Source: Spirochaetia bacterium (GTDB lineage: Bacteria; Spirochaetota; Spirochaetia; UBA9216). From it: a stretch of DNA of 64,000 nucleotides. Location of the stretch: contig OZ223269.1 in assembly GCA_965140585.1 (NCBI GenBank), positions 1,024,001-1,088,000 of the forward strand, read 5' to 3'. Below the pieces are notes generated by a model. It saw nothing but the letters and a program-made list of their open reading frames with translations. It was not told where the DNA came from and did not search any database. Numbering within the stretch: the stretch's first letter is position 1; the number at the start of each line of letters is the position of its first letter. Shown piece by piece: positions 47,110 to 57,006 of this stretch. Made by a program: the position numbers and the translations under genes.

Positions 47110-48471
47110 TTGAATATGTACAGTTTTAAAAATTTGATTTTCAGATTTACCCTTGTGTTCTTTCTTTTTATAAATCTATTGCTGATATCCGCAGAACCTT
47201 TTGAATCTGAGAAAGGTACTACAACCATAATGACCAGTAATGACTGTTTCGGCGGCGAATTTGTACTGGATCGGGACGATTTCAGAAGTTACGGATTCGG
47301 GATGGCGTCGGTCTTTGATGAAGGTTATTCAGCATCATTTGAATATTACGGACATACAGACAGAGAACAGAATTCAAGATCTGATGAGCTGCTTCTGGAT
47401 ATCGGTTATATTTTCAATTTTTATGAGCCCTATGGAGAACTGAGCCTATTTCCTCTTGCCGGTGCAAGGCTCACAGGAAATATCGCGGGCCAGGCTCTTC
47501 AGAATTTTGTACACAGATTCTTCGGAATTAAAGAAGTTGATATGGTATACGATGAAGGTAGAAACGATCAAATCTTGTCAGCCGATTTTACTGCAGGTCT
47601 GAGCCTTTCCTGGCAGAAAGCTTTTCCGATATTTACCGAGGCAGAACTCATCCCGGCAATTCAGACATCATTTGAATATTCTGTACCATCCGGCTACCTA
47701 TTAAACACCGCAGCTCTTTTAAAATTAAACGGGGTTTCAGATGACAGGTTCAGCTTCTTTACCGGTTATTCCATGATATCAACTGACTTCCCCGGTTCCA
47801 CCATTGATAATTCTCTCGAACTTGAAAACGGTTTTTACACAGGCTTCAAACTGGCAGCCGGAATGCTTGCATATGAGACAGTGATATATCCTCAAAGCGG
47901 TTTTGCAAACGGTTACATCAGTCTTACTCTGAATACCGGAAACCATGATAAAGTCTACTCCTACAAAAAGCCAGATTTTATCCTTGATTATATGCTTGAT
48001 CTTATTTCTTATGAAAAAGAGATCAAGATGCTCTTTCCTTTGGAGTCCGTCGGCAGTTTCCGTATCCTCCCGTTTGCTGATTTTTCATATGCAGATGCAC
48101 TTTCTGATTTCTACAATACTGAGAGGCAGGTGAGGCTGATGCAGTTATCGGCCGGAGCTCAAATTGCCTATACTCCGGGTTTCTTCTCTTCCCCTTTTGA
48201 AGTCTATGCTGGAGCCGGAGCCGGCTACAGACTGGAAAAATACTGGGATCTTGAGGATTTCATAAGCTATAGCTCCGGAATGGTACTCCAGCCTGAAGCC
48301 GGAATAAGAACTAAACCGATCGCTCTATTCCCGTCTTCCGGATTGTTTAAGCAGAACAGCAGGTACGGGATATCTATTAATTACGGACTGCAGTGGCTGC
48401 CGTTCGGAGATTTGTATGTTAAATTGCAGCACCGCTTATCGCTTGGACTTGAAATCTGGTGCGATTATTGA
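47110..48471 (+). CDS. Putative outer-membrane beta-barrel protein (weak LpxR-like N-terminus)
   Basis: Signal peptide, amphipathic strands, ND.FGG...DDFRSYG and Q..Q...H...G motifs, aromatic C-terminus. Confidence 0.6.
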   Translation: MNMYSFKNLIFRFTLVFFLFINLLLISAEPFESEKGTTTIMTSNDCFGGEFVLDRDDFRSYGFGMASVFDEGYSASFEYYGHTDREQNSRSDELLLDIGYIFNFYEPYGELSLFPLAGARLTGNIAGQALQNFVHRFFGIKEVDMVYDEGRNDQILSADFTAGLSLSWQKAFPIFTEAELIPAIQTSFEYSVPSGYLLNTAALLKLNGVSDDRFSFFTGYSMISTDFPGSTIDNSLELENGFYTGFKLAAGMLAYETVIYPQSGFANGYISLTLNTGNHDKVYSYKKPDFILDYMLDLISYEKEIKMLFPLESVGSFRILPFADFSYADALSDFYNTERQVRLMQLSAGAQIAYTPGFFSSPFEVYAGAGAGYRLEKYWDLEDFISYSSGMVLQPEAGIRTKPIALFPSSGLFKQNSRYGISINYGLQWLPFGDLYVKLQHRLSLGLEIWCDY

Positions 48472-48515
48472 CAGCTGGAATTATCTGCAATAAAGTTATG
48501 CACAGGATTACTTAT

Positions 48516-50960
48516 ATGAAAAAGTTCAATACAGGATTATTAGTGCTCTCTCTGCTGACTTTCACTGCAGTTCTTTCCGGATGTGAAAACAATATCTTTG
48601 ATTTCCTGATGAACCGGGAACAGGTTGAGACTCCTTCATTTTCCAAGTCAACCGGCACATATAATTCGAAAATAAGCATAAGTATTTCTACGCTAACTGA
48701 AGATGCTGTAATTTATTATACAACCGACGGCAGCGATCCCGATACGGAGTCAACGAAATATGATTCTGAAATTGAACTCACCAGTGACGGGTCATCTTTA
48801 ACTGTGTGTGCATATGCTGTAAAAGAAGGGATGCTCGATTCTGAGACAAATTCAGCTTCCTATATAATAAACCTTCCAGACGACGAGACTCCTGACTTGC
48901 CGGGAATTCCCGAAACGATAAGTCCGGAAAATAATGCAGTAATTGAAGGTTTTTCTGACAGAACTGTATATGAGGGGCAATGGTATTTTGACTGGACAGA
49001 TGCTGCCGATGCTGAGTCTTATCAGCTTGTTGTAGCCTATGACGGAAGCGAAACCGATTTTATAGATATCACTACTGTTGACTCGGAATACTACTATACT
49101 ATCCGGGCTCAGGTTCCTGATGCTGAGTACTGGTACTGGAAGGTTTGTGCATCGGTTAATGACGATACATCAGAATGGTCTGAAGAAAGCATATTCTATG
49201 TAAACTCAAAACCTCAAAATTATGTCTACACACCTGTCTTTACTCCAGCCGGCGGGAATTATTATGAGGATACTGATGTAACTATCAGCTGTACAACAGA
49301 GGGTGCTGCAATTCATTATACCACTGACGGGAGCACACCTGATGCCTCATCAGAAATTTATTCAGAACCAATACATGTGAGCGGAGTAGGAACCTCGACA
49401 ACAATCAAGGCTATCGGAATGAAGGACGGCTATACTGATTCCGGAATCAGATCTGCTGATTATACAATTACCGATGCGTTTTACGGATACTTTAAGGTAG
49501 CCAACTCCTGGGGCATCGGCAGTTCCTGGGAAAATGTGCCGGACGGGTTTTACCGCATAACCTATGATGCAATGAAAGCTCAGAATGTTTATGCATTTAT
49601 ATATGCGGATCTGGAAGATTATTCTCCGACTCATCTTGCTGTTTTTAAAATCTCTCATGATGCCAGAAACTCATGCAAAGTGTATTTCGGGATAGGCAAT
49701 CCTGAAGACCCAATTGTCTGGAAATCATTCAATAGTGAGGAGGACTTTTCCAGTACGAATTACAGCTCATCTTTCGGCCACTGTCCAGGCGGTGAAATAC
49801 CATTTTCGGATAATGAAATGGTATTTGATGTATCTGAGTTTTCCGAATATTTCGGCAGCAATGATTTTTTCATAAGAATTGTAGATGAAAGCGGAGACAG
49901 TTATTCAGGCGGCACACTAACAAGCTTTACACTTGAGGAATATTCAGACTATAACTTTGAAAATCCTGCCCCTGTAAAAACTGTATCTGCCGGCAGTTTA
50001 CCGCTGAGTTTTACAGACGGGGAGACTGTTTCTGTTGTACTCTCCACTTCAGGATTCTCCGGCGGGACGGCTGTGGCAGCTTCTTCCGGAAGCCGAGCTT
50101 TAATCAGCAGTCTTGGTGCTTCCAGAAAACTTACTTCAAGTGAACTTTCTGAATTGAAGTCTGATTTGGGAATCGCAGAGCAGGGAAATAATTATAATTT
50201 AAAAGTTGGAGGATTCGGCACTGGACTGCGGCCTTTTGATGAGGGTGAATGGGATGCTATTGAGAATTCCACTTATATTCTTGATTCAAAACTGCTTTCA
50301 ATAGATGCAGCAGCCCTTTTCACTGACGGAGCCGGATTATCATCTATTGACTGGTCTGAGACAAAATACTTTCCGCCAATCGGTTCGCAGGGGTCGGAAG
50401 GTTCATGTGTAGCATGGTCGCTTGCATATTATATTAAAACATTTCAGCAAGCGCTTGATAACGACCGGGATGTTGCCTCTGCTTCATCAAACGGATATTC
50501 TCCTCTTAGTAAACTTGACTGGATATATTCTCCTGATTATCTCTATCATCAGATAAACGGAGGTGTAGATGCAGGTTCAAGTTATGTAACAGGGATGATG
50601 GTGCTAGATAAAAACGGCTGCTCATCATGGGCAACCATGCCTTACAGCACTTCGGACCACACTTCATGGCCCTCAGAGACAGCATGGAGGGAAGGGCAGC
50701 TTGCAAGATCAGAATATCTGAAAACAAATACTGAGTATGGAACTCTTTATTATCTAAGAGTTACAGATGACGAGGACATTCGTCTGCTTCAGACTCTTCT
50801 TGACCAGGGAATACTTGCCTCAATCAGTATTGATGCTTATCAATACAGCAATTTAAGCGATGATGATATCTGGGATGCTGACAATTATCAGCCGAGCGGA
50901 ACGAATCACGCCAACACGCTTGTGGGATATGAAGACGTTGAAGAGTACACTCATCAGTAA
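48516..50960 (+). CDS. Lipoprotein with two CHB_HEX_C/Fn3-associated repeats and a circularly permuted papain-family (C1) protease
   Basis: ATG 48516 (MKKF...) with lipobox LSG|C. YTTDGS.P occurs twice. Motifs FKVANSWG, QGSEGSCVAW and NHANTLVGY occur in permuted order. Confidence 0.85.
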   Translation: MKKFNTGLLVLSLLTFTAVLSGCENNIFDFLMNREQVETPSFSKSTGTYNSKISISISTLTEDAVIYYTTDGSDPDTESTKYDSEIELTSDGSSLTVCAYAVKEGMLDSETNSASYIINLPDDETPDLPGIPETISPENNAVIEGFSDRTVYEGQWYFDWTDAADAESYQLVVAYDGSETDFIDITTVDSEYYYTIRAQVPDAEYWYWKVCASVNDDTSEWSEESIFYVNSKPQNYVYTPVFTPAGGNYYEDTDVTISCTTEGAAIHYTTDGSTPDASSEIYSEPIHVSGVGTSTTIKAIGMKDGYTDSGIRSADYTITDAFYGYFKVANSWGIGSSWENVPDGFYRITYDAMKAQNVYAFIYADLEDYSPTHLAVFKISHDARNSCKVYFGIGNPEDPIVWKSFNSEEDFSSTNYSSSFGHCPGGEIPFSDNEMVFDVSEFSEYFGSNDFFIRIVDESGDSYSGGTLTSFTLEEYSDYNFENPAPVKTVSAGSLPLSFTDGETVSVVLSTSGFSGGTAVAASSGSRALISSLGASRKLTSSELSELKSDLGIAEQGNNYNLKVGGFGTGLRPFDEGEWDAIENSTYILDSKLLSIDAAALFTDGAGLSSIDWSETKYFPPIGSQGSEGSCVAWSLAYYIKTFQQALDNDRDVASASSNGYSPLSKLDWIYSPDYLYHQINGGVDAGSSYVTGMMVLDKNGCSSWATMPYSTSDHTSWPSETAWREGQLARSEYLKTNTEYGTLYYLRVTDDEDIRLLQTLLDQGILASISIDAYQYSNLSDDDIWDADNYQPSGTNHANTLVGYEDVEEYTHQ
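48624..49470 (+). repeat. Two diverged CHB_HEX_C-like domain repeats (about 48624-48870 and 49224-49470)
   Basis: V.TP.F....G.Y......IS..TE.A.I.YTTDGS.PD..S..Y occurs twice. Confidence 0.75.
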
Positions 50961-51148
50961 TTAAACTCATATGTCCCGATATCAGGGTTTCCGCTTCTGG
51001 TATTATCAAAATTACAGCAGGACAGCGGAAAAGAGTCCGGTTCAAACTCATCCGATCCGGACTTTACTGATTCAAGTAATTTATATAATCTAAACAGCGG
51101 TTCATTAAGCACCGGACTGGGTGCAATCGGTTTTTAGATACAAAAGGA

Positions 51149-51667
51149 TCAATTCATAGATATTTTGTAATCTGTTGTACCGTCTGTAATTAATAGGAAC
51201 TTCATTTCTTCATCAAGAACCGTCATCGTGAAACCTTCCGACTCGGAAAATTCAGGGATACCGAACACAAAATCAAGCTCACTGTCTTTCAGCATATACA
51301 GGCTGACCCCCTCTTTGCGCATTGTGCCAAGGAACATAAAACGGTTAGTATTATAAACAGGCTCACTTTCAGGTTCGGATATAATTTCAGTTTGATCTGT
51401 TTTTTGCCGTCCCTCACTGTAGAACATATTAGTCATTTGCAGTGCCGGTATATCAGATTTTTGATTTTCTATTATTTTGGTGGTAATTTCAGCAGAGTCA
51501 TCAGCTTTATTCTGTAAAGATTGAGTAGTGTCTGATTCGATCCTATTTGTTGTATTCCTTTCTACCATAACCTCAGGAGGGAGAATGAAGAGCAGGGTAA
51601 TATATACTGCAGAAGCAGTTATTGCTGTTATCAGGATTGCCTTAATTACCGTTGAAACCTTTGCCAT
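51149..51667 (-). CDS. Membrane-anchored T2SS-associated protein (GspC/PilP-like position)
   Basis: N-terminal TM, C-terminal FMFLGTM beta domain, last gene of the gsp operon. Confidence 0.55.
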   Translation of the reverse strand: MAKVSTVIKAILITAITASAVYITLLFILPPEVMVERNTTNRIESDTTQSLQNKADDSAEITTKIIENQKSDIPALQMTNMFYSEGRQKTDQTEIISEPESEPVYNTNRFMFLGTMRKEGVSLYMLKDSELDFVFGIPEFSESEGFTMTVLDEEMKFLLITDGTTDYKISMN

Positions 51668-51675
51668 TATTTCTC

Positions 51676-52746
51676 CTAATCAGAGATGATTCTGCTGATA
51701 ATCTGAATCACCCTTTTTCTTTCAATGTAATCAACATCATCCCCCGGTCGATATGATAAACTGATATCTGGAATTTCAGCAATAACTGTTATATATTTTT
51801 TTTCTTCAATGGTTATTTGTATTTCCCAAAACCAGGTTTTGATACCAAGATAATCAAAGATAGGGTGTGAGACATCATCAATCGTAAAGACTGATTTCAG
51901 TTCATCAGTTAAAAACTCTCTGCTTTCCCTGCTTTGAATAATCAAACTGTAAGCTCTATCGGGATAAGGCAGGGGACTGTTTCCAAAATCATATTTGAGG
52001 ATTCTGATCAAAAGTTCTTCAGGTATGAAATGAATATTCATAACCGGAACAGCGCAGATAAAGGGATAAAGCTCATCAATATTGTTTTCCATGATTGTTT
52101 GAAGATTATTGTTTGACAATGCAGTATTATTCATTCTTTCATTTTGAACCTTTCGTCTGAAAGATTCAGAGCCGGAATCATTTCCAGTGCGAATGTTATA
52201 TAACTCAGTAAGCGCCAGTTCATCAGCAATGTTTATATTCATGTAACTTTGTACAGTCGCATATTTTAGAACAGCATCATCCGAAAGAAACTCATCCTGT
52301 ACCCCCAGAAGGCTTGGGAAAAGACCATTATCATGCCGATACTGTTCAAGCTCCGACATGGATTTACCATCTATAAAAAGCAATTTATTAATATCTGTAC
52401 CGTCAATGATTTCATCTCTGAAAAAGTTTAAGTTAACTCTGCTCGAAATACCTATCATCGATACAGAGAAGTCTTCACTATTCAATGATTGTATTCTGTT
52501 CCAAACAGGATCAATAAGAGAATCCGATTCTGGAGAATTATCTTCAAGAATAGCATCAATAATCTCTTCTACAGTATCCTTAACTTTTTTTTCGTTTATA
52601 ATATCTGAAAGCATTGGGACATCTTGTCTTCTGGATGATATTACATATGATAGACCGATAAAAATAATTGACAGAAAAACTATCAGCATAAAAGCATAAG
52701 TGGTTGCAAATCCTTCGGTTAACTTTTCAAGTTTTTTATCAGTCAT
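51676..52746 (-). CDS. gspK: GspK-like minor pseudopilin
   Basis: Start MTDKK (52746) and class III signal EG|FATTY, with SSRVNLN and MNINIAD...L HhH-like motifs. Confidence 0.65.
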   Translation of the reverse strand: MTDKKLEKLTEGFATTYAFMLIVFLSIIFIGLSYVISSRRQDVPMLSDIINEKKVKDTVEEIIDAILEDNSPESDSLIDPVWNRIQSLNSEDFSVSMIGISSRVNLNFFRDEIIDGTDINKLLFIDGKSMSELEQYRHDNGLFPSLLGVQDEFLSDDAVLKYATVQSYMNINIADELALTELYNIRTGNDSGSESFRRKVQNERMNNTALSNNNLQTIMENNIDELYPFICAVPVMNIHFIPEELLIRILKYDFGNSPLPYPDRAYSLIIQSRESREFLTDELKSVFTIDDVSHPIFDYLGIKTWFWEIQITIEEKKYITVIAEIPDISLSYRPGDDVDYIERKRVIQIISRIISD

Positions 52747-53254
52747 CCGAATTTCCATAAACAAGAGAGTGACTGCCGAAAAGTAGCTTATATCTGCATG
52801 CATTCTGATTTGAATCAATTAATATAATTTGTATTCCGCATGTAATTTCATCAATTATCAAAGGTTCAAAATAGCCTATTTTTAAATTATGAAAAACGAT
52901 CTGAGTTTCATCATTTCCTTTAATATTTAAACCTTCTGCAGTAAAAGCGAGTTTGATAACTGAATCTTTACTGCCTTTACTATATGGAAGTTCAATACTT
53001 TTAGATTCACTTTGAAACACAGGATATTCTTCCCAGAATGGTATCTGAATATCATTACATAATTTTTCCAACAGAATATCAGCCTGCACAGCTTCTTTCA
53101 GAAAGATATTCTTTTCCAGGATAGAATTGAAACTGACAAATAACTTCTGTCCACCCATAAACAGCAGCAGAGATGCAAGTGATAGAATAAAAACAGCAAC
53201 AACCGTTTCTGTCAGCGTGAAGCCTTCTTCCAATACGGATAATTTATTCTTCAT
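52739..53254 (-). CDS. Minor pseudopilin (GspJ-like)
   Basis: EEG|FTLTETVVAVFIL prepilin motif. Confidence 0.75.
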   Translation of the reverse strand: MKNKLSVLEEGFTLTETVVAVFILSLASLLLFMGGQKLFVSFNSILEKNIFLKEAVQADILLEKLCNDIQIPFWEEYPVFQSESKSIELPYSKGSKDSVIKLAFTAEGLNIKGNDETQIVFHNLKIGYFEPLIIDEITCGIQIILIDSNQNACRYKLLFGSHSLVYGNSDD

Positions 53255-53462
53255 TATAAATAAACTTTCCCGAATCTATTAAATCGTTATTTGTCGCAAT
53301 AAACTCATAGTATGCTGATTCTCGCTTTACCGAGATTTTAATTATAGATGTGTACAAACCGGTTAATGAAATTATAAAGACTGCAATAATAATAACTGCA
53401 ACCAAAGAGTCAAATAAAATATATCCCTCAGTCAAACTATTTGGATGATAACACTTTTTCAA
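53244..53462 (-). CDS. Small minor pseudopilin (GspI-like)
   Basis: EG|YILFDSLVAVII hydrophobic prepilin-like segment. Translationally coupled to its neighbours. Confidence 0.6.
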   Translation of the reverse strand: MKKCYHPNSLTEGYILFDSLVAVIIIAVFIISLTGLYTSIIKISVKRESAYYEFIATNNDLIDSGKFIYNEE

Positions 53463-54006
53463 TTTCCATCTCCAGTCCGCTTAACGGTTCAAGCGAATAT
53501 CCGGACTCTCTTAGCCGGTTCAGATATGTTTGACTATCTATATATTTACCCTGATAAAAACTGCATACCGCTGCAAGATATATCAAAACAGGATCTGCTT
53601 CTGCAATTTTGAAAGCTCTGTCAAGCTGCTGTTGAGCTTTTACATAGTCTCTTTTTTTAATATCAGCTTCAATTGCACTTTTTAAGAAACTTAATGATGA
53701 CATTTTAAGATACATGACCTGTTTGGGATCGAAGAAATCAATATCGGTTTCTATTGTCTCAAAACCGGCTTTTGTAATGCTTACATGATATTTTCCTGAA
53801 TCAAGATCCGGAATAATAAATCGCCCGTCAATATCTGAAGTATATTCTTTATCACTATTAACTGTAACCAACGCTCCTGTGACAGGATTATTATAATTAT
53901 CAAATATGATTCCGGCTAAATTTGCTGGAAAAAAGTTCTTTGGTGCAGATGCACATCCAGTTAAGACGGAAATTAAAATGAGAATTATAATATTTAACTT
54001 TTTCAT
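53437..54006 (-). CDS. Lipoprotein with carboxypeptidase-regulatory-like domain and TPR (candidate pilotin)
   Basis: Lipobox LTG|C, PVTGALVTV...SDIDGRF....L.SG.Y.V.I.KAGFE, and a C-terminal TPR. Confidence 0.75.
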   Translation of the reverse strand: MKKLNIIILILISVLTGCASAPKNFFPANLAGIIFDNYNNPVTGALVTVNSDKEYTSDIDGRFIIPDLDSGKYHVSITKAGFETIETDIDFFDPKQVMYLKMSSLSFLKSAIEADIKKRDYVKAQQQLDRAFKIAEADPVLIYLAAVCSFYQGKYIDSQTYLNRLRESGYSLEPLSGLEMEIEKVLSSK

Positions 54007-54530
54007 TATTTTCTCCCTGTAAAAGAATCGCTGATGATAAAGTTTATCATCAATGCCAAACTGTAATTATTTTTTTCAGAATTATAGCCTAGAGACATCT
54101 GAGCAATATCAATTTTCTTTTGGTATTCATAAAGAAACTGAAGGTATTCCAGTATTTCGTTAATTTTGCCTTCAACGGAAATGTTTATACGTTCAGGATC
54201 TGTAGACTCATTTGTGTTGTAGTTATTTACAATCACTCTTCGATTTTCTGCAGCATCGATGATTAGATTGCAAAACTCATAAAATTTTATATTATCCTCA
54301 TAAAAAAGAGATGTTACAATTTCATTATATCTGTTTTCAGCGTATTCAAATTCTTTAGACAATTTGATGTATTCAGTTTGAAGATCTGACAAGCTGCAAG
54401 TATTTTCCAATTGGGATATTCTGTTGCGACTGCTTTTTATACCGTTTAGATTCCATCCGATAAACAGTATTATCGGGATAAGCAGGGTTAACAAAAGAAT
54501 TCTCAACAGTATTTTTCTATCTCTATACAT
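54006..54530 (-). CDS. GspM/PilO-like inner-membrane platform protein
   Basis: N-terminal TM, coiled coil and a ferredoxin-like I.VEG....IL.YL..L domain. Start probably ATG 54530; the track starts at 54569. Confidence 0.6.
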   Translation of the reverse strand: MYRDRKILLRILLLTLLIPIILFIGWNLNGIKSSRNRISQLENTCSLSDLQTEYIKLSKEFEYAENRYNEIVTSLFYEDNIKFYEFCNLIIDAAENRRVIVNNYNTNESTDPERINISVEGKINEILEYLQFLYEYQKKIDIAQMSLGYNSEKNNYSLALMINFIISDSFTGRK

Positions 54531-55494
54531 TAAAATGTCCTGATAATGAAAATCTGAAACCATTATCATTTTCCTGTATCCTCTGAATACTTACATCTGA
54601 AAACAAATTGTTTTTGGATAGACGATCGGATATAACAATCGGGCTTTCACTCTCAGCTTCAACTGAAAAAGTATTTTTTTGAATCGAAATCCTTCTAATT
54701 TTCAAATCATCTCCGACAGTCTCATAGATAGCAATTAATAAACTATAAGGATTGCCGATATCTTCGATACTAAGCGTATCAATTGATGACCGGACTTCCA
54801 AAATCTTTTTTTCAATTTCTGTATTACGATTCTGAAATTGAATAATCTGATTTTGAACGGCAATACGTTTAGAAACTTCATAATCGAGAAGCACTGAATA
54901 TCTGTAACTTGCCCCTCCGATTAGAAAAAGGAGAAGTGCTGTAATAATATAAAAAGAACGAAAACTTACAGCTCTGCTGTCTCTGATCTTTTTGAAACGA
55001 TGGAATTCAGAAAACCGGGGCAGCTTATAAATGTGACCTGGCTCAACTTTAGGAAAATCATAACTCTCCTTTCCATCAATAAATAACCAGCCGGTAATAA
55101 TACCTGGATTTAACAAATCAGGATCATGATAATCTGTCAACATAGATCGAACAGGCGCATTGTCCTTGAATATGATTTTTTCTATAACCTTATCATTTGA
55201 TATACAAAGGATATCAATATCAATTAATTTTACTGATAAATCATGCAGTAGAAAAACAGGAACAAAGGGTTTTTTACTACCGAAATTAATTCCTGTATCC
55301 TTTGTGATAAAAACAATTATTGCCGTTTTCTGATTATACAATCGGTAGGTGTACTCATATGCCCCGTTGTTTCCAGGATAAATTGAATGTATCTTCGAGT
55401 CTATATATTGTTCAGGAGATAAGTTATCTCTGTTCTCCGGGATTTCCAGAAACCGTACATCATAGTCTTCCCTGGATAAAACTTTCTCAGGCAT
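54523..55494 (-). CDS. GspL/PilN-like protein
   Basis: Cytoplasmic domain, single TM, coiled coil and PilN-like C-terminus (LSKNNLFSDV). Confidence 0.6.
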   Translation of the reverse strand: MPEKVLSREDYDVRFLEIPENRDNLSPEQYIDSKIHSIYPGNNGAYEYTYRLYNQKTAIIVFITKDTGINFGSKKPFVPVFLLHDLSVKLIDIDILCISNDKVIEKIIFKDNAPVRSMLTDYHDPDLLNPGIITGWLFIDGKESYDFPKVEPGHIYKLPRFSEFHRFKKIRDSRAVSFRSFYIITALLLFLIGGASYRYSVLLDYEVSKRIAVQNQIIQFQNRNTEIEKKILEVRSSIDTLSIEDIGNPYSLLIAIYETVGDDLKIRRISIQKNTFSVEAESESPIVISDRLSKNNLFSDVSIQRIQENDNGFRFSLSGHFNV

Positions 55495-55934
55495 CAGTTG
55501 TCCCAGGATGTGATATCCTTTTCAAGATTCTCTCCGCCTTCAAGACCGTCCGCACCAAACGATCTTATACCGAAGGGCAGTCCGTTCGGCCCGGGAACTG
55601 TGTATTCGAACTTGTTGCCCCATGGATCATCCGGAACTTCCTTTTCGAGATAAGGACCATTCCAGTCTTCCGGTACAGGTGAGATATTGGTCTTTTTCCA
55701 AAGCGCATCAAGGCCCTGGTCCTGTGTAGGGAACTGTCTGTTATCAAAAAAATAAGAGTTAAGTGCAAGACTCAGGTTTTCAATCTGAGTTCTGGCAGTT
55801 ACGATTTTAGCCTTGTCAATATATTTAAATGCTATAAACCCGACTGAACTTGTTAAGATCAGCACTATCGCTATAACAATGAGTGTTTCAACAAAGGTCC
55901 AGCCTTCTTCAAGTTTTTTCTTTATGTCTTTCAT
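55494..55934 (-). CDS. gspG: Type II secretion major pseudopilin GspG
   Basis: EG|WTFVETLIVIAI, FPTQDQGLDAL, WNGPYL, DPWG and SFGADG motifs. Confidence 0.93.
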   Translation of the reverse strand: MKDIKKKLEEGWTFVETLIVIAIVLILTSSVGFIAFKYIDKAKIVTARTQIENLSLALNSYFFDNRQFPTQDQGLDALWKKTNISPVPEDWNGPYLEKEVPDDPWGNKFEYTVPGPNGLPFGIRSFGADGLEGGENLEKDITSWDN

Positions 55935-55953
55935 TACTACTCCTGAAGTTTTA

Positions 55954-57006
55954 TTATGCTATTGTTCCGAACAGGGAAAACAGCGGTACAATGAAATTGA
56001 GTATGAGATAAATTATTATTGCTCCTACTATCACAGTCAGCAGAGGTTCTATAATCCCAAGAAGCCTTGTAGTGAGATTTTCAATCTCTGATTCATAATA
56101 AATCCGAAGCTGTGCAAATACATGCTCAGTCTGACCGGTATTTTCCCCAATACCTATCCACTGAATCATTCGAGGCGGAATTTCCCTGTGAACCGAGAAT
56201 GCCTTGTATAAACCGCGGCCGGAAACCAGCTCCTTATTAACTAAACGGAAAATTTCTTTAAGTGCTTCATTGCTGCAGACTTCCTTTGCTTCCAGGACTG
56301 CAGAAGAGAGTGGAATTCCATGTTTTGTCAGGGTTTCAACAGCAAAGGAAAAATTGAAAATATCTATCGTCTTAATTATATTCGATAGAACAGGGATCTT
56401 TATAAGAAGGCCGTCTGTTGTCCGTTTAAAACCTTCAACATTCTTACGTGTGAAAATTGCAGAGATAAATAGAATAATAAACAAAATAAAAACAGTCCCG
56501 GCAATCTGGAGCCCGGTTATCTTTGCCTGGAAAGATTCGAGCTGCGAACTGTTTCCGGCTATCTCACTGAAAAGCTCTTCGATTTTCGGAATTCCCAGAA
56601 TCATCAGAAAGAAAAGCCCGGTAAACAACATCACAAGTATCATTAAGGGATATATTGATGCATTAATAAACTTGTCATGGACTTTTTTGTTTCTTTCCAG
56701 ATAGGTTTTCAAAGTAGGCAATATGGTAGATAAAGAACCTATTCGATCTCCGATATTTATCAGTCCACTGTATAAGGGAGGCAGAACATAAACACCTTTA
56801 TCAAGCAAACCCGAAAGTGAGTTTCCTTTTTTCAATCCTTCTTCAAGGTAGGTTGTAAGATGCTTTAGTTTATTGCCTGTAGTGAAGCTATTAATCATCT
56901 GTATTGAATTATAAACTGATAGACCGGAGTTCAACAGAAGAGAGAGATTTGATGTAAAATCAAGAAGCTCTTTTGTTTTCAGCTGCCTGTAATTCCGCTT
57001 AATCAT
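55954..57006 (-). CDS. gspF: Type II secretion platform protein GspF
   Basis: Two T2SSF repeats (L..LLNSGL...G.SLS; GENTG...IIEP), 350 aa. Confidence 0.9.
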   Translation of the reverse strand: MIKRNYRQLKTKELLDFTSNLSLLLNSGLSVYNSIQMINSFTTGNKLKHLTTYLEEGLKKGNSLSGLLDKGVYVLPPLYSGLINIGDRIGSLSTILPTLKTYLERNKKVHDKFINASIYPLMILVMLFTGLFFLMILGIPKIEELFSEIAGNSSQLESFQAKITGLQIAGTVFILFIILFISAIFTRKNVEGFKRTTDGLLIKIPVLSNIIKTIDIFNFSFAVETLTKHGIPLSSAVLEAKEVCSNEALKEIFRLVNKELVSGRGLYKAFSVHREIPPRMIQWIGIGENTGQTEHVFAQLRIYYESEIENLTTRLLGIIEPLLTVIVGAIIIYLILNFIVPLFSLFGTIA

